Origin: Planctomycetota bacterium
Lineage (GTDB): Bacteria; Planctomycetota; UBA8108; SXIK01
Assembly: GCA_965223845.1 (NCBI GenBank)
Contig: CBDCXR010000004.1
Location: 5,920,001 to 5,984,000, forward strand
Direction of reading: 5' to 3'
DNA length: 64,000 bases
Under the pieces are notes generated by a model. That model worked only from the letters and a program-made list of their open reading frames with translations. It did not search any database and had not been told where the DNA came from. Below, one piece after another: positions 37,830-47,500 of this stretch (within the stretch, counting starts at the first letter, position 1; every line of letters begins with the position of its first letter). Made by a program: the position numbers and the translations under genes.

Positions 37830-38622
37830 AGATCCCTCTTAGAGAATCCGCGGGCGCCCGAGCCCTCTCATCGCATACGAGACACCCTACCCGCCGCGAA
37901 ATCTTCAAGACCCGAAACCGCATCGACCGCAGATCGTACGTCACGAGCCGTGAGTAAAGCGGTTCACCGAATCCCGCGATCAGCTTGATCGCCTCCATCG
38001 CCCCGAGGCAGCCGACGCTTCCCGAAACCGCACCGAAGACCGGAAACTCTCTCTTCCACGCCGGCGGCTTCTCCGGATAGAGACAGGCGAGGCACGGCGT
38101 CTTCGGCGCGTGAAACGTCGTCACGTTCGCCTCGAGCTCGTACATCGCGCACTCGACGAGCGGTTTCCCCTGCCGCACCGTTTCGCGATTGAGAAGGAAC
38201 CGCTCCTCGAAGAGAGGTGCGCAGTCGACGACGAGATCGACGCCGTCGACGAGTCGTTCGACGTTCTCTTCGCTGACGTTCTCGTCGACCGCCTCGACGT
38301 CGAGCCGCGGATTGAGCTCGAGAAGTCGACGCTTCGCCGAGGCGACGCGCGATGTCCCGAGTCCTGCGTGAGTCATGAGAAGCTGACGATTGAGGTCGCT
38401 CGGCTTCACATTGCCGGCGTGAGCGAGGACGAGTTTTCCGACTCCCGCGGCGGCGAGCTCGTACGCGACGACGCTTCCGAGTCCTCCGCACCGCGATACG
38501 AGTACGGCGGCGTTCTTGAGGCGCTTCTGTCCTTCTCGTCCGAAGTCCGGCACCCACATCTGCCACTCGTAGGTCGCGCGCTCTTCTTCCGTGAGCTCGT
38601 CCGCGCGTCGTTCTCGAGTCAT
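37828..38622 (-). CDS. hesA: HesA/MoeB/ThiF family E1-like enzyme, HesA subtype
   Basis: QKRLKNAAVLV, GGLG, DLNRQ, DCAPLFEERFLLN, PCLACLYPEKP, GAVSG, EAIKLI, C-terminal CLVC. Confidence 0.75.
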   Translation of the reverse strand: MTRERRADELTEEERATYEWQMWVPDFGREGQKRLKNAAVLVSRCGGLGSVVAYELAAAGVGKLVLAHAGNVKPSDLNRQLLMTHAGLGTSRVASAKRRLLELNPRLDVEAVDENVSEENVERLVDGVDLVVDCAPLFEERFLLNRETVRQGKPLVECAMYELEANVTTFHAPKTPCLACLYPEKPPAWKREFPVFGAVSGSVGCLGAMEAIKLIAGFGEPLYSRLVTYDLRSMRFRVLKISRRVGCLVCDERARAPADSLRGI

Positions 38623-38930
38623 TCGAGGCCCACCGAGCGCTCGTCGCCGCCGCAGCCGCCGGCGATCGGCGTTGCGATCGTGACCACCGCCCCGTCGCGA
38701 AGCGGCGCTGCCTGCGTCCAGAAGACCTGCTCGTCGTCGACGCAGAGAAGAATCGACGACGTCAGCGTGCCTTCGGGAGTGAGCAGAAACTCGGCCACGG
38801 CTCCGCCTTCCCGGTGGGCGATCGCTCGCACCGCGTCCTGTACGGTCGCACCGTCGGGAAGCTCGAGCGTCTCGCTCGCATGTCCGACGTTCTTCTTGAG
38901 CTGCGCGGAGTATTCGATGGTCACGTTCAC
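38619..38930 (-). CDS. moaD: MoaD/ThiS ubiquitin-like sulfur carrier with a C-terminal extension after GG
   Basis: MNVTIEYSAQL...ATVQD...LRDGAVVTIATPIAGG-CGGDERSVGLE. Confidence 0.75.
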   Translation of the reverse strand: MNVTIEYSAQLKKNVGHASETLELPDGATVQDAVRAIAHREGGAVAEFLLTPEGTLTSSILLCVDDEQVFWTQAAPLRDGAVVTIATPIAGGCGGDERSVGLE

Positions 38931-39643
38931 GACGGCTTTCCTTCGCTCTCGGCGGGACGGCGCGCGGCGATCGTCGCGTCGGAATCCTTCTTGGTCGCGC
39001 TGAGCTGGCGTTCGATCACGTTCCCGTCCCGGAACGTGAAGAAGCGATCGGCGAGCACTTCTGCCTCCTCGCGGTTGTGAGTCACGTGGAGCGCGGTCAC
39101 GCCGGTCTCGTTCTTGACCGACTGAAGGAGATGGTACATCTCCTCGCGCGTCTCGTCATCGAGAGCGCTCAAGGGTTCGTCGAGACAGAGAACGACGGGA
39201 CGCGCCGAGAGCGCCCGGCCGAGCGCAACGCGCTGGCGTTCTCCCCCACTGAGTCCGAACGGACGGCGCTTGAGCAGATGCTCGATCCCGAGAAGATGTG
39301 CGAGCTCGCGTACGCGCGCGTCGATCTTCGCTCGCGGCCACTTGCGGATCTCGAGGGCTAGCGCGAGGTGGTCGCGCACGTTCATCGACGAAAACAGCGC
39401 GCCGTCCTGCGGAACGTACCCGACCCCCCGCGACGCCGGTGGCAGCTTGGTCACGTCGCGTCCGGCGAGACGAATCGTTCCGGAATGGATGATCTTGAGT
39501 CCACACACGGCTTCGAGGATCGTCGTCTTCCCGCATCCGGTGCGCCCCATCAGCACGCCGTACTCGCCGGCTGGGACGGTGAAGGACACCCCGGAGAGAT
39601 CGAAGGCACCGAGGCGAATCGCGAGCCGGTCGATCTCGATCAT
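38927..39643 (-). CDS. modC: Molybdate/tungstate ABC transporter ATPase
   Basis: GRTGCGKT, GYVPQD, LSGGE, LDEPLSALD, HVTH. Confidence 0.8.
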   Translation of the reverse strand: MIEIDRLAIRLGAFDLSGVSFTVPAGEYGVLMGRTGCGKTTILEAVCGLKIIHSGTIRLAGRDVTKLPPASRGVGYVPQDGALFSSMNVRDHLALALEIRKWPRAKIDARVRELAHLLGIEHLLKRRPFGLSGGERQRVALGRALSARPVVLCLDEPLSALDDETREEMYHLLQSVKNETGVTALHVTHNREEAEVLADRFFTFRDGNVIERQLSATKKDSDATIAARRPAESEGKPS

Positions 39644-40536
39644 CGCGAGCCAGCCTCGACTCGCGCGCCGCGCCGCGTCTCGCGCTGACCGATGAGCGGG
39701 ATCGAATCGCCGCGGAGAAGCCGCACGAGTACGAGCACCGTGACCGCCGCGAGCACCATCAGAATCGATACTGCGACCGCCGCTTCGATGTTCCCGACGC
39801 TGAGCTCGAGAAACACGCTCGTCGGGAGGACTTCGGTGCGCATTCGCGTCGCGCCCGAGAAGATGAGGATCGGACCGAATTCACCGAGCGCGCGCGCCCA
39901 CGCGAGCGTTCCCGCGGTGAGGATCCCGCGGTACGCCTCCGGGATCACGACGCGCCAAAACGCTTGCGCGCGAGTGCAGCCGAGAGTGAGCGCGACCTGC
40001 TCCTGGCGCGGGTTGATCTGTTCGAACGTGACCCGCATCGTTCGCACCGCGAACGCGCACGCGACCATGAACTGCGCGAGGATGATGCTCGGAATCTCGT
40101 ACGTGATTCCGCCGGGAACCAGCGATTCGGCGAAATCTCCGACCGGAGTCTGAAAGAGGATGAGCAGGCTGAGCCCGATGACGAGAGGCGGGAGCACGAT
40201 CGGGATGTCGAGCACCGCGTCGACGACCGCCTTCCCGCGAAACTGCGTGCGGGAGAGAAGGTAGCCGATCGGCACTGCGACGAAGACGGAGAGGATCGCG
40301 CTCACACTGCAGGTGAGAAGGCTGAGCCGAATCGAGTACTGGATCTCCGGGCTCGTGAGTGCCTCGAGAAAATGATTCGGCGTCGTGAACGTGAGATCGG
40401 CGATGAGCATCGCGCCGATCATGAGGACGTAGAAGCCGCCGATCACCCAGAGCACGATGAGAAAATAGAGATCGGAGAAACGTCTCGCGCCGTTCGCTGC
40501 GCCGGTGGACGCCGTCTCGGTCTCGTCCTCGGTCAT
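39640..40536 (-). CDS. modB: Molybdate/tungstate ABC transporter permease
   Basis: DIPIVLPPLVIG, EQVALTLG, WARALGEFG. Confidence 0.85.
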   Translation of the reverse strand: MTEDETETASTGAANGARRFSDLYFLIVLWVIGGFYVLMIGAMLIADLTFTTPNHFLEALTSPEIQYSIRLSLLTCSVSAILSVFVAVPIGYLLSRTQFRGKAVVDAVLDIPIVLPPLVIGLSLLILFQTPVGDFAESLVPGGITYEIPSIILAQFMVACAFAVRTMRVTFEQINPRQEQVALTLGCTRAQAFWRVVIPEAYRGILTAGTLAWARALGEFGPILIFSGATRMRTEVLPTSVFLELSVGNIEAAVAVSILMVLAAVTVLVLVRLLRGDSIPLIGQRETRRGARVEAGSR

Positions 40537-42050
40537 TCGACGACATCCTCGCCCGGTGCGGACTCGCCGAGGCGCCAGCGGAACCCGGTCCGGCTGAATC
40601 GGTCGCGTGAATCGATCGAGCGGATCGCGTCGAGGAGACGCCCCATGAGGAACTTGTAGCGGCTCGAGCGACTGACGGCGATCGGCTGGATCGCCTTCGC
40701 TTCAGGGTGGTCGATGTCGACGATCGCCAGCTTCTCGGTCACACGCGACGTGTTCGCGCGGTAGACGATCGCGCCGTCGAGCGCACCGACGAGCATCTGA
40801 TCGACAAGGAGATCGGCCGTCGGCGTTTCCATGCGCACATTCGGATGGATGCGCTCGTAGAGGCCGGCTTCCCGGAGAAGCCGCACCGTGAGAGCGCCGA
40901 GGGCGCTCTGCTCCGGGTGGGCGAGCCCGAGCTTGAGATCCGGCCCGGCGAGAGCCGCGAGCGAGTTGAGACCACGCGGATTTCCTTTCGGCGCGAGGAT
41001 TACCATGTCGGTCTCGGCGATGTTCTCGGATGGTTCGAACAGATTCTCGACCTGCGCCATGAACGATACGTCGCACGAGAAGTACCCGTCCGGAAAGTTG
41101 TCCGTACCCGCGACCGCTTTCATGTCGGCGCTGAGGATGCCGCAGCCGTTGTACTTCGTCTTGATCTCGACTCCCTCGCGCGCCTTGAACTCTTCGATCG
41201 TTTGCTCGATCGCGAGCCGATTGACACCGCCCGAGTAGAAGACGAGCTCCGGCGTCGGGGTCCACGGGTCACCCTCGATCGTTTCGAAGCCGTGCTTAGT
41301 GAAGATCGGCGCGCCCTTCTCGGGCGCCTGGAGGTACCGAGCGAAACGGAGCGCGCTCGCCGAGTTCGGTGAGCTCACGAAAATACCGATCGTCACGTCG
41401 AGAGTCTCGCGGTCGAACATCGGAACGCGGACGGCCTCGACTTCGGGGTACTGATTCGCCGTCGCATCCCAGATGACTCCGGCGTCGACCGTGCCGATCT
41501 TTATGTCATTCGCGACGTCGTTCACGGTCGGCTTCGTCACCTTGATTCGAGCAGCGAGCCGTTCCCAGTCGCCGCTCGCCGTCAAGATGCGTTTTGTATG
41601 CTTGCCGACGGATGCGGCCTCGGGATTCGCGATCGCGACCACGACGTCCTCGCGCAGAAGATCGGCGACGCCCCGAATTCCCTTCGGATTGCCTTTCTTC
41701 ACGGCGATCACGGGACGCATGCGCGCGAGAGGAATCGCTTCCTTCACGATTCCGTGATCGCGGGCGAGCGCGATGTAGCTCGCGTCCGCGGCGAGATAGA
41801 GATCACCTTCGGGCTTCGCGCGAATGCGGCTGAGGAGAGCCCCCGAGCCGGCGAAATCGGTCCGGATCTCTACCGGGAATTCCTTTCGGTACTCCTCGAT
41901 CGCTTCCTCGACCGGGAGCGTCATGCCGGCTGCGCAGTAGAGAACGAGCGGCCGCGAGAGATCGACTGGATCGGGCTTCGGCCAAAAGAGAGCCGCGAGA
42001 AGAGCGACGACCACCGCGAGGGCGGCGAGAAAGAGGTGTTGGGCTTTCAT
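40533..42050 (-). CDS. modA: Membrane-anchored molybdate/tungstate-binding protein with two tandem ModA-type domains
   Basis: Domain 1 YCAAG...FAGSGAL...KGNPKGI; domain 2 YSGGV...YNGCGIL...KGNPRGL; 505 aa. Confidence 0.8.
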   Translation of the reverse strand: MKAQHLFLAALAVVVALLAALFWPKPDPVDLSRPLVLYCAAGMTLPVEEAIEEYRKEFPVEIRTDFAGSGALLSRIRAKPEGDLYLAADASYIALARDHGIVKEAIPLARMRPVIAVKKGNPKGIRGVADLLREDVVVAIANPEAASVGKHTKRILTASGDWERLAARIKVTKPTVNDVANDIKIGTVDAGVIWDATANQYPEVEAVRVPMFDRETLDVTIGIFVSSPNSASALRFARYLQAPEKGAPIFTKHGFETIEGDPWTPTPELVFYSGGVNRLAIEQTIEEFKAREGVEIKTKYNGCGILSADMKAVAGTDNFPDGYFSCDVSFMAQVENLFEPSENIAETDMVILAPKGNPRGLNSLAALAGPDLKLGLAHPEQSALGALTVRLLREAGLYERIHPNVRMETPTADLLVDQMLVGALDGAIVYRANTSRVTEKLAIVDIDHPEAKAIQPIAVSRSSRYKFLMGRLLDAIRSIDSRDRFSRTGFRWRLGESAPGEDVVE

Positions 42051-42081
42051 CGTTTCGAAGACTGGAGGGATGGGGGTCGCG

Positions 42082-42774
42082 TCAAGCGCTCGAGTTCGCC
42101 GTCGAGCCGATGCGTCCGTCGACCATCTCGAGCGTGCGTCCGGCGAACGAGGCCGCGTGCGGATCGTGGGTGACGAGGAGTACGGCGCCGCCCTTCGCGG
42201 CGAACTGGCTCACGTGCTCGAGGACGATGTCCGCGTTCTCGCGGTCGAGGTTTCCGGTGGGCTCGTCGGCGAGGAGAAGCGCCGGTGATGCGAGGAGCGC
42301 TCTCGCGAGGGCCGTGCGCTGGCGCTCACCCGTGCTGAGCTTTGCGGGCACGTGTCGAGCCCGCTTCTCGAGGCCGAATCGAGCGAGGAGCTCGCGGGCG
42401 CGGTCTTTCGCCCCGGCGACGGGGTGGGCGAGCGTCGGCGCGAGCACGTTGTCGAGGACGGTCAGGTAAGGAATGAGGTGAAACTGCTGAAACACGAATC
42501 CGATCGTTTTCGCTCGGTGCGCGGCGCGCGCATCCGCGCTGAGAGCGTAGAGATCGACGCCCGCCACCTTCACCGTTCCGCTATCGACCGACTGGAGCCC
42601 GCCGGCGGCGAGAAGGAGCGTCGTCTTGCCGCATCCGCTCGCGCCCGTTACGGCGACGAACTCGCCGGCCTCTATGGCGACCGATACGTCGCGCAGGGCG
42701 TCGATGGCGCCGTCGGCACCTCGGAACGACTTCGAGATCTGATCGACGTCGAGAGCCATCGCTTCGTCGCTCAC
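42082..42774 (-). CDS. LolD/MacB-type ABC ATPase
   Basis: GASGCGKTT, IGFVFQQFHL, LSTGE, LADEPTGNLD. GTG start overlaps the upstream stop. Confidence 0.85.
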   Translation of the reverse strand: MSDEAMALDVDQISKSFRGADGAIDALRDVSVAIEAGEFVAVTGASGCGKTTLLLAAGGLQSVDSGTVKVAGVDLYALSADARAAHRAKTIGFVFQQFHLIPYLTVLDNVLAPTLAHPVAGAKDRARELLARFGLEKRARHVPAKLSTGERQRTALARALLASPALLLADEPTGNLDRENADIVLEHVSQFAAKGGAVLLVTHDPHAASFAGRTLEMVDGRIGSTANSSA

Positions 42775-43985
42775 GCGTCGACGCCGCGCCCGCGGAAGAA
42801 CATCGCGCCCGCTACGATGAGGACGGCGACGAAGGCCGCCGCGTAGAGAGCCCAACGAACGAACGAATCAGCGACTTGCGTCACTGAGATCACCTTCGTT
42901 TCGGTTTGCTGGGCCGCAGACGGTGCGGAAGTCGTCTGCTCCTCGCTCGTCGCCGTCGCGACGGTCGACGCGGATCCTTCGACGCGCGGCGGCGCGGACT
43001 CGGGAGGCTCCTCGATGATGATTCTCTCGAGCGGGGTCCCCTTGATGCTCGGATCCGAGGCGAGACTCGCCCGGGCGAGGAGAGTCTTCCAGTCGACGCC
43101 CGTGAGGAGGTCGACCCCGGGGTTTTCTTCCTTCACTTGGCACGAGCACGGTCCTGTTACGAACGCCGCAGCATCGTCGATCGTGTCGCTGTTGATGCCC
43201 GCGCCGATGAGGCCGGGAAGCACGCGACCGCGACCGAAGACGGCGAACGCCATCGGTTCCTCGAACTCGAGGAGATCGTCTTCGCTGTGAAGAAGCGTCC
43301 GAACGAGAATCGCTTCCGCCGGATCCTTCCGCGACACGCGGAGTGTCGAGAACGCGAGGCGGAGCGGCGCGTCGACCGCGAGTCCCTCTTCACGCAAATC
43401 GTCGTCCTCGGCGAGCTGCTCGGGAAGCTTGAGGGTCAGCGTGAGGTGCTTGAGACGATCCTCGAGGCGCGCGTGAGCCGCGTCGTCCTTCTCCGTGTTC
43501 CCGCTTTCGAGCAACACCCACACCGCCGACTCGCCCGCCGCGAGTCGCTCGGCGATCGTCTGCCGCGCCGGCGAATCAAACCAGCCTGCCTCGGCGAGCT
43601 CGCCCGGCTTTGCGACGGCGAGCGTCTCGTCGGTGCGGAACCGAGGCGGAAACCGCAGGACGACCACCGGAGTTTCACCGGCACCGTGTTTCTCGTAGAC
43701 GGAAACCACCTCCGCGACGTCGCCTTCGCTCGTGAGGTCGACGCGGCGGACGGCGACGTTCGCGGCGCCCTCACCCGCATCCGAGAGCGCCCGAGCCTCG
43801 AGTGCCGCGACGGCAGCCTCGTCTTCCGCGGAAAGCGCACCGCGGTGAAACACGATCGCCTCGTACGGATCCGGCTCCCAGAACTGGAGGGAGTACCGAA
43901 ACACCGGAATCGAGCACGCGAGCGTGGGAATCGCTGCGAAGACGACGAGGGGTGCGGCTAGGGCTCGGAGGGCGAGTTTCAGCAT
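42771..43985 (-). CDS. Conserved hypothetical exported protein with a C-terminal TM anchor
   Basis: Signal ...TLA-CSIPVFRY; VFGRGR; GPCSCQVKEENPGVDLL; C-terminal hydrophobic helix. Confidence 0.85.
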   Translation of the reverse strand: MLKLALRALAAPLVVFAAIPTLACSIPVFRYSLQFWEPDPYEAIVFHRGALSAEDEAAVAALEARALSDAGEGAANVAVRRVDLTSEGDVAEVVSVYEKHGAGETPVVVLRFPPRFRTDETLAVAKPGELAEAGWFDSPARQTIAERLAAGESAVWVLLESGNTEKDDAAHARLEDRLKHLTLTLKLPEQLAEDDDLREEGLAVDAPLRLAFSTLRVSRKDPAEAILVRTLLHSEDDLLEFEEPMAFAVFGRGRVLPGLIGAGINSDTIDDAAAFVTGPCSCQVKEENPGVDLLTGVDWKTLLARASLASDPSIKGTPLERIIIEEPPESAPPRVEGSASTVATATSEEQTTSAPSAAQQTETKVISVTQVADSFVRWALYAAAFVAVLIVAGAMFFRGRGVDA

Positions 43986-44120
43986 GACGGGATGATGACC
44001 GGAGATGCGCGGAATCGCGACTCGAGATCGGAGCCAATCGCGTCATGTTCGCCGATGGTGTGGGCGGGGACAAGGGCGGGCTCTGCCCCTGTACCCGTTT
44101 CCGCCTCTTCTCCTCGCACA

Positions 44121-44327
44121 CGTTCCCGCTCCCGCTCCCGTTCCCGTTCCGGACGGGCCCGTGTGCCGTGCACTGTTGGAGCACGGTAGCGTCCTGGCGC
44201 ACGGGAAGCCTATACACTACGCGTCCTTCTCGCTTTGCTCAGGCATGACGGGCGAGCGGAGCGGCGCCGAAGTGATCGTTGCTCGCGTTAGCGTCTGTTC
44301 GGGAACGGGAACGGGAACGGGAGCGGG
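44121..44327. repeat. Inverted pair of hexamer (CCCGTT/CCCGCT)n and (GGGAAC/GGGAGC)n tracts
   Basis: 44121-44150 cgttcccgctcccgctcccgttcccgttcc; 44300-44327 cgggaacgggaacgggaacgggagcggg. Confidence 0.8.
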
Positions 44328-44337
44328 CGGAGGGAAT

Positions 44338-44391
44338 GTCGCCCGCCTGAGCCCGGCGGACCAGTTCTTCTGTAGAACTGTTCTGAGTCAT
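44338..44391 (-). pseudogene. Possible N-terminal remnant of an ECF sigma factor
   Basis: MTQNSSTEELVRRAQAGD resembles ECF N-termini, then runs directly into the hexamer repeat. Confidence 0.4.
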
Positions 44392-44570
44392 AGCGTCGAC
44401 CGTCATCATCGAGGCTATTCCACCCGGGACTGAAAGGTTGCGGGTGAATTCTGACTCGAGCCGCGCTGAGGGGAGACTCCGCGCGGATGTCCGTCGCACA
44501 GGCTCCCCCTCTCGACGGCCCGGGCCGCGCAATATAGAGATCTCGCCGCAACTCACCGAGATCCTCGCGC

Positions 44571-47500
44571 CTACTCGCGGCAATCGAGCTCGTCGGCGGT
44601 CTCGTCGACGCCCGGATCGGGGTACGGCGCCGGCGGGGCGGGACCCGTGCCGAAAAGATGCAGGAGCGCGAAGATTGCGTCGGTGATGAGTATCCGGCCG
44701 TCGTCATCGCTATCGAGTGCGTCGAAGCACACGGGTCGAGCGGTCCCGGCGAACAGAAAGTTAAGAGTAAAGATCGAATCCGTGATGTTCAGGCTTCCGC
44801 TTCGATCCGCATCGCCGCGAATGAACTCGACGGTAGGACGTCCACTGCCGAAGAGAACGTGGACGCTGCCGTCCGCGGAGGCGACGAGCACATCGCCGAA
44901 GCCGTCCGCATCCCAGTCGAAACCGCCTTCGGCGAGAAACGCTCTTACGAAGACGGGGACCGCTCGCCCCTTCGGGTCGCGAAGATCGACGTGAGCGGTC
45001 GCGGGATCGTAGAAATCTTCTCTCCCGAGAACGATGTAGCCGTGCTCACCCCGGCCAGCGATGAAAAGGTCATGGAAGCCGTCGCCGTCGAAATCGCCGG
45101 CCGGACACATCACGGCGCCGACGCGTTCGAGCATGTGGGGACTTTCGACCTCGACGACCCCGGACGCGCGTGGATAAGGGGCAAAATCTGGTCCACCGAG
45201 ATCTCGGTACCTGGACTCCATGAACGGAAATCTCTCCGCATCGAAAGCGTTTTCGAGGACGGCCTCGTGATCGAATACGAAGACGCGCCCCGAGCGTGGA
45301 AAGCGCGTGCACGCGGTGATGTCGTCCTGATAGAACGCGAGATCGACGTCTCCGTCGCCGTCGATGTCCCCGGCGGACGACGCCCAGAAATCAGAGCCGG
45401 ATAAGAGCGAGCTCCCGGAGATCAGCAAGCCGAAACGGCCGTGAAGAAACGTGCTGTCGACGCGGACTTCCTGTGGCTGGTCGATGAACTCGCCGAGCGA
45501 AATGGTCATCGCGGCACCGGCCACGGCCTCTCCTCGTCCGCCGGTGAGTATCTCGAGAGATCCGTCGCCGTCGAAATCTCCCGCCGGGAGTACGAAGTCG
45601 GAGGGTGGAAGGCTCGCCTTACCAGCCCGAGACCGAATCCGGCTCCCTAGCTCGAGCTCGACCACGGACTCGATGCGGATTTCGGGTGGATACGCTTCGC
45701 GTCCCGCGACCAGGAAGAGCGATGTTCCACCGTCGAGTCGAGCGCTCACGACGATTTCGTCCCGGTCGTCCCCGTCGACATCCGCGATGATCGAGAATCC
45801 ATTGTCGAGCCACGATCGCGATGCCTCGGAGAAGATTCGCACCGAACCTTCGTCACCGGCGAGATTCGGTCCAGATTCGAACTCTTTCCGGCCGAACACG
45901 ATGCGCCATTCCCGCGTTTCTCCCTCGGCGCCGATGATGAAATCGTCGTAGCCGTCCCCGTTGACGTCGCCACCCGAACGCACGGATCCAAAGTCGAGGC
46001 CCCGGTAGTAGTGCCAGTCCTCGTCGGGAGTGAGGACGACGGCGGCGGGACTCTCGAGAGATGCGAGCGGCGTGTCGACTCCGCGAGCACCCGGGCCGAA
46101 GATGAGATGGAGCGCGAAATTCGAGTCGCTCTCGTCCGGATTGTTCCCCGGCGTCCACACCCCCGCCGCGAGATCGACGTGCCCGTCGCCATTGAAATCA
46201 CCATGCGCGATGCCGAGGCTGCGCGTTTCGAATTCCGGTGCCGCGAAGAACGAGCGCGTCTGCGGGTCGCCGCTTCCCACCGAGAGGCTGCGATCGGTCG
46301 GAGCGAGGTACAGGTACGTCGTGCCGCCCTCTGATTCTCCCGCGGCCGTCCGGACCGTCACCGCCGCTCCGATCGGAGACGCTGCGGGCGGTGCCTCGAC
46401 GACCATGATCCCTTCGCCGAGTGCCGTCACGAGGCCCGCTTCGCGATTCCCGATCTCGACGATCGCGGTCTCATCGAATCCGCGACCAACGACGATCAAT
46501 GGCTCGCCACCGAGGGAGGATCCTCCCCGGGGGAGTACGGTGCTGACGTGCGGTGCTTCGGGCGGTGCGACTAGCGCGTTACCTGGAATGATGACGGCGC
46601 GGTAGTCAGCGTCGAACGGCGTCGTGTCGCCGTCGCAGTCGACTTCGCGCGAGAGCACCACCAGATCTTGCCCGAGTTCGCGATCGAGCGAGGCCGCGTG
46701 AACCGCGAGCCCGAAATGCGCTTGTGCCTCGAACCCGTCGATCTGGATACCGAGGCCGCGCGTCGCGATCTCGTTGAGCGAAAAACTCGAGCCAAGGTTT
46801 CGCTCGGAGCTGCCGCGAAGAAGAAACGCGGCTCCGCCGGACGCGATCGCCGCCGGCGTCGTGAGACGTACGTGACGCCTCGGCGCACCGAAGACGAGAT
46901 CGTCGAATCCGTCGCCGTCGACATCGCGACCGCTTCCGAAGTAGAGCTTCGGGGTCGCTCCCGCAAGTGTGTCGTCGCCGGGACGAAATCGCGCCTCTCG
47001 CATGCGGAAGCCGAGGTCGGACGATCTGAACTCCTCGAACTCCAAGCTTGTCGGAAAGTCCGATCGTGGCCGTCCGAAGACGATGTGACACCAACCGGAA
47101 TCCCCGAGAGGTAGACCGAAGAGGACGAAATCGCCGAACCCATCGCCATCGAGATCGCCCGCGCGCGCGACGTCCTCGTAACCCGAAAAGCGCATGGCGC
47201 CCTCGGGTAGATCGGTTTCGTCCTCGTCGTTGTAGCGGTCGAACTCCAGGAGTTCGGCGAACTCCGTGCGACCCAGAACAACGAACACCCGATTGCGCCG
47301 ATTCTGACCGCGGATGGCGCTCAGGGTGACGATTCCGAGATCGCCGAGATCGTCGCCGTCGACATCGCCGAGGGGGACCACGCTTCGAATCGACGCCGGT
47401 TCGGTCTGTTCGATCGCGTGCGCGATGACCACGCCGGGAACTTCGAGTCCGATCTGTTGGAGCTCGATGAGCGGCGGAAGATCCGGCGAACCGAAGAGGA

